Below the pieces are notes generated by a model. That model made no database searches. It worked only from the letters and a program-made list of their open reading frames with translations, and was not told the origin of the DNA. The position numbers and the translations under genes were made by a program. Positions 26,080-40,414 of a stretch of DNA of 64,000 bases are shown here, piece by piece. Source of the DNA: Octopus vulgaris (taxonomy: Eukaryota); contig OX597823.1 in NCBI GenBank assembly GCA_951406725.2, forward strand, positions 98,146,001 to 98,210,000, in the 5' to 3' direction. Within the stretch, counting starts at the first letter, position 1. Each line of letters begins with the position of its first letter.

Positions 26080-27115
26080 GAGCTCTCGGCTTGTTAGCTC
26101 CAATTTATGACATAGCAACATAAGAACTCTGGGCAATAATCATGTCTAAAGCTCTAACGAATACCACAAGTTTTCCTCCGCACAAATCTACTTTTATTGA
26201 AAAGACAATGAAAATAGGCTGTAGCTCTAGAATGCTCCATTCAACTTTATATTATTTGTAAACATCGATGTTTTAACTTTTAGCTGTTTAGTGAATCATA
26301 ATTTAGTAAGTTAAGAGGGAATAAATTATAGTTCTTCATACTTGAGTAAGTCGAAATGAAATGTGGTCAGAGCCAGATGTTTTCCCGTATTCTAGACATA
26401 CTACCACTAAACGACAAGAAGGTTGCTTTACTTTTCTTGAGAACCATTTCTGAGAATTTGAACAATGGATGGTAACCTCAACTTACAAAACATGTTTAGC
26501 ATTTGTACAGGCGGACACGAGCAGTTAGCAGCAACAAAAACAACAGATCTTAAATAAAACTACAACATAAAAAAAAGTCAAACAAAACATTTAACTAAAC
26601 GGATATGCTTGAACCGGTTTCTATCTCTCTGGTGTTTGTTACAATGACGTCAACGAAATAGCTAATAGATGAGTAAGCAGGTGTAAAACATGAAATATGC
26701 ATATGAAAGAGATGATGTGTGATAAACAGAGTTTTAGAAGCAAAGTGGTTTTCTCAATAGAGTAAAGCAACCTTGTCGTTTAGCGACAATGTGTCTAGAC
26801 AACAGGAAAATAATTTGGTTCTGTCAGTAATTTATTTTGATTTACTGGAGCATCAACGGTTATAATATATTCATCTAAACTTAACTAAATCATAGTTAAC
26901 TCAGCAGTTAAGATTTGAAATATCAATGGTCATAAGTAATATGAAGTTATTTATTGGAATATTCTTGGGTTACACCCTCTCTTTATTATGCCGTGAAACT
27001 TAATCGGTTCATTTGTGCTGAAGAAAACTAGGCATTCATATGATATTTATTTACGTGTCCAGAATTCTTCTGTTGCTATGTCTTTGGAAATATAAATTGT
27101 AACTTAAAAGACTCG
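26080..27115. mobile_element. old ~1-kb foldback/MITE-like element
   Basis: nested imperfect inverted blocks about 26109-26132 vs 27059-27083 and 26380-26450 vs 26741-26810. Confidence 0.65.
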
Positions 27116-27196
27116 GTTATGATGATCTAATATGACCAAAGAGTGGAAATCTTTTAGGATTTGTGTTTTATATTTTATGGTCTTTGATTTAGGTAC

Positions 27197-27610
27197 AAGG
27201 CCTGGAATTTTGGGGAGGGTTAGTCGGTACCATCCACCCAAGTGCTTGACAGATACTTTATGTTATCAGTTCCAGAGAGGTGAAAGGCAAAGTTGACCTC
27301 AGTGGGATTTGAACTCAGAATGTACAGACTCGGAACAAAAACTGCAAAGCATTTTTATCGACGCTCTAACTATTCGAACAGCTTGCTCTTATGTTTATAG
27401 TGGGGAAAAAAACCCAACAAAAACATCTAAATAGTTTTGCATAAGTTTCCTAATATTTCTCTCTCTCTTCCATAGACACAAGACTTGAAATTTTGTGGGA
27501 CGGGGATAGTGGATTACATCAACTCCAGTTCTCAAAAGGTACTTATTTTATTGACCCCGAAAGGATGAAGAGCAAAGTCGACTTTGGTAGAATTTGAACT
27601 CAGAGTGTAA
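27197..27610 (-). mobile_element. two degraded SINE family A copies
   Basis: tgaaaggcaaagttgacctc...tttgaactcaga motif occurs twice, reverse complement of family A. Confidence 0.7.
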
Positions 27611-30242
27611 ATAGTCGCAAATATTAATATCGATACTTCATATATTTTTCGAAGACTAATGCTAAAACTATATCTAAACTGGCGAGAATGTGGCATTGTA
27701 AATGATGTGTGGTAAACAAGAAAAGGGAAATGACAAACAGGCTTCAGAGAATACAGCGCTCCGAGATTTGCTTCATTACTACACCATGTTGCTTTAGCAT
27801 TAGTTGTGTGAATGGCATTTGGAATGCTGAACATGGTTCTTCATGGGGGGGGGGGGGACCCCTGAATTCAAGACACGACGACCAGGTTAGTTGATTTATA
27901 TCAGTTTACTTTCACAGGGTTTTCCCTTCTTCCTCCACCATTCCCCAGAAGCGCGCGTGCACACACACATTCACTCCTTAATGGTTCAGAGCAATTCAAA
28001 ACAATCAACAATGTAGTGGAAGCAAGCAACCAGATTCGGTTTCTTTAGAAAAAAAAAAGTTAAAGCAATTAGGAATACAACTTTCTCGTTTTCAAATCAG
28101 ATCTAATTTTAGAAGCTGTTTATAAACAAAAATAAAGAAAGAAACGGGAAACCTTTACTTTCTGCTTATTTTCCCACAGCTTCTTTTAACAAGATTTTGA
28201 AATATCTTTATAGGATGTTGAGATTTTCTTAATGTGAGAAAATTGATTTTATTTATCGTACTTGTTTGACATAAATAAATATTGACTGCTCCAGGTAGTA
28301 TCACACCTGTTCAAGACTGAAGCAATATTTTCTTGCACTGAACATGAAATTTAGACTAAGAGAAATGTAATTTATGGTTAAATGGGTTCTTTACTACTTA
28401 ATATAGGGAGCAAAAAAGCAATTTTCAATCAATTGAAATTATATCCGGAATGAAACGAAAAACAATTATCATAAAAAAGTCTTGTTAAGAAAAGGAAGGG
28501 AAATAAAGAATATGTTTACAGAATCTGCCTTTTTGTATTGTGAAGTCTCTTTCACAACACGAATTATTCTTACTGTTTAATTAATACAAGGTAAGCTCTG
28601 ACTAAGCAAACCGATGATCAAAGTTTATTCCAGTTGTAACCGCTTGTATTTCAGGTAGTGTTTCGAGCTAGTCTTGTGTAACTCAGTGTGTCTTTTCCTT
28701 TTTTTTTTATTTGTAAAATGTTAGGGTGTGATTTAAGCGAGATTTACCGGCTGTTACTAGAATGCCGATCGATCCCATAGAGGCTTATTTGTTGGAGATA
28801 ATGTTGAGGAATTCGAAGTCACTGTTCATGGAGATTGTGTATGGCTGAAAAGAAGTGTCAAAATTGCAAGTAGGTGATATTTATGTACTGAAGTTGAATG
28901 AGGAATGTGGTATGGTGATATTATTATTACTATTATGCAAGGTGGTAATCTGCCAGTATCGTTAGGATGCTGGACAAAATGCGAGCTGGTATAGGCGGTG
29001 AGCTGGCAGAATCATTTGCATGCCAGGCGAAATGCGTAGAAAATAAAACTCAGCCCAGAAAATAAAATGTAGTTTCCACATGACCCAGTTTAGTCGTAGG
29101 ACAAGTATAAATAGGAGAATTACATAACCAAACATTATCTTTACTCAGTATTTGTCAGAGAGTTTACCTCCCCATTCTCTCTCCCCTCGCTCGGCAACTT
29201 TCAGAGAGCAAACCTCTCTCTACTTTTCATCTTGCCATCAATGGCGAGCCCTAGTTCATTATCATTTTCTCCCCACACAACTTAATAGAAAGCCTTCTAT
29301 AAAAACAATGACGAGGGATTATCAAAGAGACTAATTGTTTTTATTTTTATTCCAACTCGTCGCAGTTGTGATAAACTTCATAACGGTTTAAAAGTTAGAA
29401 GTATGAACCGTTCCTTCTTTTAATTTATTTCCAGGTATCCTGACATTATCAACTAGGGAACTTTTCGTAGCATTATCCAAATTACCAAATATACCAGTCT
29501 ATGACAACCTGACTGTTGCAGGTGCAACTACGAAAGGAAACTGAGTTTCGGACAGTTTACCAATTCTTTATTGCGATTTACTGCAATAATAAAGGAGGGC
29601 TACCATAATGCTGCCTCTAGTTCGTTGGAAATGAGTCTGACATATCCACTGTTTGCTTTAGTTTTTCTTCTCGTGAGTTTTTGTCCCCCTCTTTTTATTT
29701 CCTCTTCAATTCTCTCACATATAAGCTCACAGACCTGAATATTTAAACTGTGCTGGTGTAGTTCCAACGTACCAGGTTGTTAGCCAGGGTTGCCAGGGCG
29801 ATTTCCTTTGAAAATGTCAAACGTCTTTGAAGAATATGCAAAACTGTCCCATCCCCTCCACCTTACAAGAGTTATATATTGATTTCTTACACCAGTACGA
29901 GGTCTTCCTGGAGTTATATATTGAGAATGAATATTTTGTTTGAAAGCCATTCATGATAACAATACGCGATGATATAATACAATACACTACAAAATAAAAG
30001 ATAATACTGTGCCAAAGTAGTTGACTTTAAGCTGTACCAGGAATTTGTTGCTGATTGAAACATTCCAAATACGTGACTGGTATATAATTTGTCGATGTCG
30101 AAAGGATGACATTGTATGGTCGATTTTGCTGGGATATGGAGTTAGGGTTTCTTAAATTAAGGAAATAAAATTAAAAAAGAAAATACAAAAATCAAAACAA
30201 AAAAAACTATTGAATTTGTTGCTTCCCCATTGAAACAAAGAC

Positions 30243-30648
30243 GGCCAGCTGGCAGAAACGTTAGCATGGCAGGCGAAATGCTTAGCAACATTGCGTCTGG
30301 CTTTACGTTCTGAATTCAAATTCCAACAAAGTCGGCCTTTCATCCTTTTGGGGGTCGATAAATTAAGTACCAGTTGCGTACTGGGGTTGATCTAGTTGAG
30401 TGAACCCTTCCCTCAAAACTTCAGGCCTTGTATCTAAAGCAGAAAAAATTATCACCGTTGAAACAAGGCGGCGAGCTGGCAGAATCGTTTGCACGCTGGA
30501 CGAAATGCTTAACGGCATTTCATCTGCCTGTACGTCCTGAGTTCAAATTCTGCTGAGGTCGACTTTGCCGTTCATCCTTTCATGGTCGATAAATTAAGTA
30601 CCAGTCCCCCAAAATTCCAGGCCTTGTGCCTATAGTAGAAAGGATTAT
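30243..30648 (+). mobile_element. head-to-tail pair of SINE family A
   Basis: two agctggcagaa...gttcaaattc...catccttt...gtcgataaattaagtaccag units separated and flanked by ttgaaacaa. Confidence 0.85.
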
Positions 30649-31350
30649 TACCGTTGAAACAAAGAATACGTCGCCGCCGTCGACAACGAGGACGCTACCA
30701 CTGCTGACATTGTCAACACTGATGACACCATCACCACCTCTGATAACATTGTTGAGGCGACGACGGTACCGCTGACAATGATAATGACTAGACTCTCAGG
30801 AAATTAGTAATGGACTGCATGGACAAGAAAGTTAAAAATATGAAATTTGCAAAACAAAATGTGTGACTTAAGAAAGAATTTGTTTCATGCAAAATATTTG
30901 GTCAGAGATTTGAGAATAACGATCCTCCAACACTCGCCATTACTTTGGAGAAAAGCCCTGCTCGAAACGCCAGAACTCATTTTTTCATATCTTATTTTAC
31001 AAACTTTATTAAAGACAAAGTTTGGCAAAACAGAAAAAAAAAGATCAATGCTTATCTGAGTTTGAAAATTGCAAACTGCTATAATTAAGTCAGGCCTGAT
31101 AATTCTAAAGCATTCTTACCGACCTGTAAAAACAATCCGATGTCTAGACTGTCAAGATGACCGTGATTAGAAAGTGATTTACAACCATAAAAACAGATAT
31201 TGCAACTTGATCGGCAGACTAAATACTTTTCACAGTTCTATTCTGATTTTGGATTACAAATAAAAATATTTCTTGCACTTTTTTAAATAAACATCTATGA
31301 TCTAAAATTTATATAAATATTTGGTAAATGCTAATGCATGGAACTTTTGG

Positions 31351-31882
31351 GGATCTATTTCCATCTCAATCACAGATTTTTTAATTAATTTTTTTAACTA
31401 AACAGTTTGAAACTTTGAATACTGATGGAATTTCTCACGTAGAACACGGTTTACTCTGAACGTTTTTGACAACATTTCGTATTTTAGAAGTTATTTCGTG
31501 TTAAAGTTGTCGTATTTGGGTAATTTCAACCAATCAACAATGTGTATTTGGTTGAAGAAAGTTACTACTGTTTGTGATAATAATTGAAGAGGAACAACTT
31601 CTGGGTCATCTCTAATAAATGTCACCACTCTGTTCTATTCGTATGGCAATTGAACCATCTTTATCCTTTCTTCCTTTCTAGTCAGCACCGTGCATTCCTT
31701 ACTCTTTCCTTCCCTTCTACACTATCAACTAGCAACCAGCGAGCGAACTTGTTATTGCCACCATAATTGCAATATTTTCCGGTGTATAAGCCACTATTTG
31801 TTTTGTTTTACCTTCATGTTTTGATAGTGTTAATTTTTTATCTAATAAAGACTTTTATATTGACGAAATGTGTTTGTTGCTG

Positions 31883-31957
<75 letters not shown>

Positions 31958-32303
31958 TAAAATCATGACAATAACAGTACGTCCCATAGTTGTAAAATAA
32001 AGCATTTTAAAACTACATATACATCAACAACCAAAAAGTTAGCTGAGGACCTGTTGCACTATGGTGTTGATTCTTCGAACAGAGTGGTGACATTTAGTAG
32101 AGATGACCCAGAAGTTGTTCCTCTTTGATTACTATCGCAAACAGTAGTAACTTTCTTCAACTGAATACACTTTAACACGAAATAAAAACGTCCAAAGTAA
32201 ACAGTGTTCTACGTGATAAATTCCACCAGTATTCCAAGTTTCAAACTGTTTAGATAAAAAAAAAAATTAATTAACAAATTAGTGATTGAGATGGAATACA
32301 TCC
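31351..32303. mobile_element. Merlin-like non-autonomous DNA element with long TIRs
   Basis: GGAT...ATCC termini, inverted arms about 31351-31635 and 32077-32303, 8-bp TSD acttttgg/actttcgg. Confidence 0.8.
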
Positions 32304-32354
32304 ACTTTCGGTGCTTGAGTCAATCTGTTACTTCTGCTAAATATTGATTTCAAA

Positions 32355-32570
32355 GTTTGACACAAGGTCAGCAATTTTGAGGGAGGAGATAAGTCAATTA
32401 CATTGATGCCAGCACTTAACTGGTACTTTGTATTATCGGGCCAGAAAGGGATGAAAGGCAAAGCTGACCTCAACGGAATTTGAACTTAGAACATAAAGAC
32501 AGATGAAATGGCGCTAAGCATTTTACCTGGAGCAGAAAAGTATCTATTAGCTTGCTGCCTTACTTCTGCC
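32355..32570 (-). mobile_element. SINE family A
   Basis: reverse complement of the family A core (ggatgaaaggcaaagctgacctcaacggaatttgaact). Confidence 0.75.
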
Positions 32571-32576
32571 AAATAT

Positions 32577-32625
<49 letters not shown>

Positions 32626-32863
32626 TATCTATAAAGCTGAAATGTTTGCCTTTGTAAACTAGTGTATAATTTATATACTATTTCTACACACTTCAATCTT
32701 GATGATTCAATTTCATTTTGGAAGTGGCACGAGTACTTGATATTGATAAACCACAAAAAACAACGAAATACGTATGTGTCATTCCTGTGGTCATTTCTGG
32801 GCAATTTCATTTCGCCTAACTCTAAAGTATATTGTTTCTCTTTCTAACACAGTATGCTTATAA

Positions 32864-32929
<66 letters not shown>

Positions 32930-33636
32930 CATATATAGACACATAGTTTTAGTGACTGGACACTGACAGGCGTGATACTGTGAATGGTTAGAGAGAAAAA
33001 TGTAGGGATGCCTGCTGCATGAATCACAAATGGTAAAGTTGATGCCAGTATACTTAATACATTGATCCAAGAAATTTTACCTTTTACCTTGAAGGAAAAA
33101 GAAGAAAACAGATGGAAATCAAAGATTGCAAAGTTGGAGTACTGCATAACACAGAAGAAATTCTATTTAAAAAAATTCTTTCATACCAAAATAATAAGTT
33201 AAAATTGCATTCGTAGTAAAGAGAAAAATCATTAGCTAAATAACTAATTCTAGTCAAGAGATACAGGGGAGATAATTTTAAAATGTCTTCTATATTTTTT
33301 TTTGTCGGAATTAGTAATGTACTTTGGGAAGACAATATTCTGAAGCTGATTCAATTTAATAATTTTCAATTGTTTATTATGTTTATCAAATGTTTTATCA
33401 TGTTTCATTCTTTGTTTCACAATTTTAAATTTAATTTCAGTTAAATGTTCAGTTTATTCTTTTAGATTTCTTCACATCGTTGAATTAATGAAGCAGAAAA
33501 TGTTAGTGCCATAACAGATTTCCTCATTACCTGAAAGATTGTATTATGGTCTATTTTCTTAGTTTTCCTTATTTAATTCAGAGAACAAAAAAAAGCAATC
33601 AATCATTCTCTCTCTCCCTCTCTCTCTATCTGCTCA

Positions 33637-33639
<3 letters not shown>

Positions 33640-33699
<60 letters not shown>

Positions 33700-34045
33700 G
33701 TATATATATGTATGTATGTATATATATGTATGTATGTATATATATGTATGTATGTATATATATGTATATGTATGTATGTATATATATGTATATGTATGTA
33801 TGTATATATATGTATATGTATGTATGTATATATATGTATATGTATGTATGTATATATATGTATATGTATGTATGTATATATATGTATATGTATGTATGTA
33901 TATATATGTATGTATATGTATGTATGTATGCATACATACATGTATATATGTATGTATGTGTAAGTATGTGTGTGTGTGTGTATGTATGCATGTATGTATG
34001 TATGTATGTATGTATGTATGTATGTATGTATGTATGCATGCATGT
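33640..34045. repeat. compound (TA)n/(TATG)n microsatellite
   Basis: direct inspection; 16- and 22-bp higher-order units. Confidence 0.95.
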
Positions 34046-35604
34046 ATTACAGAATAGAAAAATTACAGCAATCTTCTAATTCCTGTTTTTATTTATTTGT
34101 ATTTTTGCGCAACTTGTTTGGATCTTAGATACTAAGTGACTGCATTTCAATATGCCTACAACACGTTTAACACCTTGCTACTACTTTCCTCGTGTATATC
34201 GATTTTTCTTATCACTTTCCTACCAACCCATATTTCGCTTGCTGCTCGCTTGCATTTCCCTACACTTTTTTTACAGGTAATTATTCTTTAAAAGCAACCA
34301 ATCCTTTTTTTCTTTATTATTATCTTCTTCTTCTTTTTAACTTGTGTCTTTAAGGAATATGGAAGGCAGATACATGTTTTCATAACTAATTTTGCAATGT
34401 TCTTTCATGTTTTTGAGATATCCATTGATAATGTATTTTCTTCCATTATTTCTCCTGAAAAGAATTCTTTTAAATAGAATTTCTTCTGTGTTATGCCTAA
34501 TGTCTTAAACAACTTTGCAATCTTTGATTTCTATCTTTTTTTCTTCAGGATAAAAGATATGCCTTCTCTCTTGTAGATTGTGAGCATTTCTCACCTATTC
34601 TTAACTATTTCTAGATTTGTATTATTCAACTCAATTAAATCTTCCTGTATTGTATTACTCACATTAAGGTTTAATCTAAATATTTTAATAATTCCTTTAA
34701 AGTAGCTTTTTTTTAAATTATAATCGTCTATTCTATTTTTAGTTTCTCATTCTCTAAAATATCAAAATGATTTAGCCTTTCACCTTTTTTTTGTAAGAAT
34801 TTCTACTTCTTTACTTCATACAAGTAATCATGTTTTTCTACATATCTGCTGACAAGCCTAATCTTTTTTTTATAAATAATTTTATAGCCATGAACTCCTT
34901 GGGCTTTTGTTTAATAGTTCAGATGTAATAGACGAAGTCTGAATTTCTCTAGTTCATCTTATAAATGCCATTAGCTATAAGAATGCACTCTAAAATGATT
35001 ACAACAAAAATTGTCATAGAAAATTTAAAGGTTCATAAACACAACAACAAAATTTCTGTTGTATATAAGTGTTCCATAATTTTCTAAATAGTTGTAGGAA
35101 AAATTATCTCAACATATCTCATTAGGTAAAAAAAAAAAAAAGTACCTCCACCCAAGTAATTCTGCAACATACGGTTTGCGAGTGCATATTAAAGAATTCA
35201 AACTTGGAAAATTCTAGATACTAATTTGCAACATCAAAGCACAAATGTGCTTGAGAAAACGTAGATTGGAAAGTCACTGGAAGGATTATGTAGTAAAATG
35301 TGAGAACGAACAGAGACGTTTTCAAGTTTTCATGTCAGAGAGATCATGTTGTGGTGCACCCGAGCATTGTATACAATAATTTCATTATTATTATCATCTG
35401 TGTTGTGAAGTTAAATAAATGCAACAGATAAATGGACAACTTACAAACAAAAGTCAGTTAAACGGATTCACATTTACTGGTGAAAATTCTATTGAAGCTT
35501 GGCTGAGATAGAAGTTAACTGCCTCAAATGCGAGCAAAATAACATCTGACACATAATTGCTGGTAGATTAAATAACAGAAGAGATACAAAATTGCCTACA
35601 TAGA

Positions 35605-36540
35605 ACTGTTTTTTATTACCCACAAGGAGCGAACAAAGAGGGGACAATACAACCTGATTTGGGGCCAGATTAACGAATGATTTTACACAGAGGATGAAAT
35701 TAAAAATTTACATTTAATTACAAAATACAATAAAATAGGAAAAATCGAATGATGGGACAGACCGGAAGACATTACGGATGGAGTGAGGGGGGGGGTTAAT
35801 TCGGACCCCACGAGCCCCGCCTCGCCACTGATACGTGGGTTTCGTCCTCTTTTGCATTCATGCGATTCCAGCCACACGCAACATCCGTGCTACACTCTTC
35901 CATCGATTTTCAAACACTTTCTCAGTCAGGTATTTTCTCTCCAGCCCTATTTTCCTTTTCAGGTAGAAGATGAAGTAATTCATCAATCCAGGGCCAGAGA
36001 TGAAATTGCCTGACTCTATACCTTTCAGCCTCGTCTTCCAAATCACCTCACTCGCGATTGCAACTACATCGAGAAAACAATTCTTACCTTCTTTCGAGAG
36101 GAAATCCGGTAAGTCAGTTTTTACAATAGACTCAGTCGACGGCTGTACTCTTCGTGTACTTGACAACAGTTGTTCGGCATAAACCCACACCTCCAAACAT
36201 TGAACAATAGCATGCGGGACGGTTTCCCTATCCTGCTCGCATCTTGGACATGTCGGAGGGCCTTCTGAGCTTGTCTCGAACAGGAAAAGCTCCTCTGTTA
36301 CACTGCCATGTCAGAGACTTCTGAAAGTTATCCAGGGTCTTCGGTTTCAAATGTACGTCGGAACAGACTGGCCAGCTGATTATCGTCGAGACCTAGAGCT
36401 TCCCCCAAGGTATCGTCACATTCCGCCTCTACCAACCCTCTAAAATTGCCTACATAGAACGAAATACATTCAGCGAGACAAAAAGAGAGCAGAATAGATG
36501 TTACGGAAAATTTTTGCTGCACGGGCTTCCAGGTCAATGA
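35605..36540 (-). mobile_element. L1/Tx1-like LINE 3' remnant
   Basis: CCHC knuckle CPRCEQDRETVPHAIVQC and EVIWKTR motif; stops and frameshifts; A-rich 3' end. Confidence 0.75.
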
Positions 36541-37164
36541 TTGGTCAAAGCATTACACACGTGACACAGGTTAATTAAAATGTCAATAATTAAAATAGCA
36601 TCTCTGTAAATAGTTCATATATGCATCAAGTGGGAATGCCTCTAGGTGATTTTATAAACGGAATGTTATTAAATAAAAAAATATATTTCGAAATGTTTTC
36701 AACCACAAATATTATTGTAATTTGCCAGTCAATCCCTGGTAGCAAATAAGGATGAGGGTTACAAAGCAATGAGAGTGTCTCTCTGTGGTCACTGGACAAG
36801 CAAGAAATAGTAATCACATCTCTCTTTAATCTTATAGTTATGTCTTAAAAATGTAGAGGATACACAGATAAATGGATAGAAGGTTCATAGCTTAAGTTTT
36901 CAACCAGTTGTCTTCTCAAAAAAAAAAAAAAAGGCTTACATGAAGCTACACGACAATAACATGCAACATACACGTCTCCTTCGTTCAACAATAATGAACT
37001 TTGCTTGGTTCGTCGGAATATTATTTTTTTCAATAATCCCGTGATCGAAGTATTACTTACATGAGTATATGTATTACAATGGTTGGTAAAACACTCATAG
37101 ACAGCAGCCTGTTTTTCTTATATATTTATAAAATCAAGAGTTTAATAAAATATGTTGAAATTAA

Positions 37165-37376
37165 GGCGGCGAGCTGGCAGAATCGTTAGCACGCCGGGCA
37201 AAATGCTTAGCGGTATATTGTATGTCTTTACGTTCTGAGTTCAAATCCTGTAGAAGTCGACTTTGCCTTTCATCCTTTCATGGTCGATAAATTAAGTACC
37301 AGCTGCGTACTGGGGTTGATCTAATCGACTGGCGCCCTCACCCAAAATTTCGGACCTTGTGCCTAGAGTAGAAAAG
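37165..37376 (+). mobile_element. full-length SINE family A
   Basis: ggcggcgagctggcagaatcgttagc head, B-box-like gagttcaaatcc; 16-bp TSD aaaatatgttgaaatt/aaaatatattgaaatt. Confidence 0.88.
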
Positions 37377-37653
37377 AAAATATATTGAAATTTAACTTTA
37401 ATGACATTTTGTTGCTGAGTGAGCAGGAAGCAATTCAATTTATGAGGAAGCTGCATTCGTCACACATTCTGCACCTCTTGTTCATTCTCTGTATTATTTA
37501 GTGCTGAGAATTATGCGCAGGTGAGGCTGTGTGGCAAGAAGTTTGTTTCCCAACCACATTGCTTCGGATTCAGTCCCATTGCGTGGCATCTTGGTCAAAT
37601 GTCTTCTACAATAGCCTCGGGCTGACCAAATCCTTATGAATGGATTTGGTAGA

Positions 37654-37913
37654 TGTGGTGTATGCGAGAGATTCGAAATAAGGACACCTACCTTCTCTTC
37701 GCTCGACGGAGACCTTTCATCGGTAATGGATCATTCAACGTAGCCCGACCCGAACACTAGGAATAGCAGCTGCTTCTCCCCTACCTTAACAACGTGCCCA
37801 CGCGTCTCACTCCTTCTGTTACCTCGATCGAAAAGGCCGAATCCTGCCCTGCCTGCGCGCGCGTCACTCCTGCCCCTTCCGGTCAGCTCCCCAGCTGCTG
37901 ACGTCATCCCACA
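37654..37913. mobile_element. short solo LTR (260 bp) nested in SINE
   Basis: TGTGG...CCACA termini, 5-bp TSD gtaga/gcaga, GC-rich. Confidence 0.75.
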
Positions 37914-37939
37914 GCAGACAGAAACTGAAAGAAGCCCAT

Positions 37940-38290
37940 TCAAACTCCACCTGTCTAACACCCGTGGACATGTTGACAAAGTCAGAAAACAGCACAGCTC
38001 CCATGACTTTCGGAAACATATTTTCACGCTAAGAGTTGCTGAAGCATGGAACAAACCGCCGGCATCAGGTGTTAGTTGTTGGAGCACTGCATCCTTCAAA
38101 ACTTCCATGCTTCCTGAGATTCGCCAACACTACACCTGATTTTCTCCCCTCCATACACACGCAAGCATGTATCTGACTCATACACTGTTCACTTTCCAGA
38201 CATTTGTACATTACTGCATATGCTTTATACACACTTTTGACAAGTTGTGGTGCACCTGAGCACTGTATACAATAATTTCATTATATTATA
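37940..38290 (+). mobile_element. CR1-like LINE 3' end
   Basis: NTRGH...RKHIFTLRVAEAWNKPP...SFK; tail gttgtggtgcacctgagcactgtatacaataatttcattat also at 35348-35395. Confidence 0.85.
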
Positions 38291-38300
38291 TATACATATA

Positions 38301-38344
<44 letters not shown>

Positions 38345-39789
38345 TGCCTTTGTCCTCTACCACCACTTCACAACTGGTGTTGATATGTTTGCATTGTGAC
38401 ATAGCGGTTCGACAAAAAGCAACTGATAGAATAAGTACGAGGCTTAATAAAATGTATTGGGGTTGATTTGTTTGACTAAAATTTCCCAAGGCAGTGCTCC
38501 AGCATGGCCGCAGTCTAATGTCTGATACAAGTAAGAGATAAAAGATGGATATGTTTACAAGAAATTAGTTAGTTGTTTTGAACGAATTTTAAGGACACAA
38601 AAAGATTTGGGAACACAGTACCACATTCTCAGAAGTCCAGAGTGTAACTGATTACTTATGATTACTTATATTTGTTTGCATTCAATTTCTTGTAAATGAT
38701 ATCGAATTCATAAAGAATGTTTGCTTATAAATACGGTTGAATTGAAATTTGGTCAACTGCATTTCTAGATGTTTAATTCCTGCCACTCTAATGCATCTAA
38801 TTTCAGAAATGCGAAATCTGCTTTATTAATTTTATAAGTCTATAATTTATCTTTAACGCTTTGAATTGTACAAATCTAGAAAACTGGCCAGTCTCAGCCC
38901 TTAGAACGTCTATAAACTGTTTTATTTGTTCAAGATTCTTAGAGTTGATTTTTTTTTTACCAAAAAATGTATTCCCTAAGACAAACATCAAAATATGTTG
39001 CGATTACTCTCAAAATTCGTGATCATGCTGAACGACTCTGTAGTTTATTTCCTAAAACTTTGCAGTATAATGTTAAGTTCATTTAAATGCAATAAAATGT
39101 CACTGAAAAAACAAAAAGAAAACACGTAATTTTTTTACGTATAATATTTTCTGTATATTAAGAGGACTTTACAAGTTTAAAAACTGTAACCCTTATTCCA
39201 AATATTTCTCAATACATCTTTTAGTATATATCTATATGTAAAAGTAACAGAAAGCTACATACTCTGAAGCAGAGCAAATAATTATAATTCAACAGACATG
39301 CAAGAATACAAGCATCTCTTTTTCTCCAGTCATGAGACACAGTAAGCTATCAAAACAGCGCTGTATGTAGAATTCAACTGATATCTATTTTTATATAAAT
39401 ATTCGTACTTCCAAGTGTATTTAGTGATTTTATTCTGACATATATATATTAGATGACAATATTTTAACTCAATCTCAATGTCTTGAGCACTTTTGACAAA
39501 TAAATAAAGATACGTAAAAAGTATGAATTCGACCAAAGTTGAAATGCAAAATAACTGATAAGATGGTTTTGTTGTATTATAATAACAGAATGGAGAAACA
39601 CATTTTTTTTTCCTTTCCGATAATTAACTTGTCTGTGACAAGCCTAACTAGCAAGGTAAAATTGGAGATAAAATATGAAAGGTTTCAATTTTGATGTGAA
39701 GAATATTATATGAAAAAAGTTGAAAATGGTGAAAAGCTATTCAATGCAAAAACAAATATATGTGTGTGGGTGTGGGTGTGTGTGTATGA

Positions 39790-40312
<523 letters not shown>

Positions 40313-40320
40313 ATTTCATC

Positions 40321-40414
40321 CAGATAGTCTTGGCTGAAGAGCTACAAATGGATTATTGTAAGTAATATTACATTTAATTCATTAATAGCGAAACAATTGT
40401 CCCAAAATAATCTG
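40321..40414 (+). ncRNA. type I hammerhead ribozyme, copy 1
   Basis: ttgg-CTGAAGA-gcta...tagc-GAAA-caattg-TC-ccaa; stem I extended by cagat/atctg; predicted cleavage after 40401. Confidence 0.85.

Larger units (their letters stand above)
37514..38545 (+). mobile_element. SINE family B interrupted by a solo LTR and a CR1 fragment
   Basis: head 37514-37653, resumes 37914-37937, tail after (GT)n to about 38545. Confidence 0.8.

Noticed and set aside
33060-34600. Inverted similarity between about 33110-33180 and 34460-34545
   Set aside because: Short, diverged and AT-rich; probably two old LINE fragments in opposite orientation, boundaries not definable
37165-37260. tRNA gene calls for SINE heads
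   Set aside because: A/B-box-like motifs present but no cloverleaf; they continue into SINE bodies with TSDs
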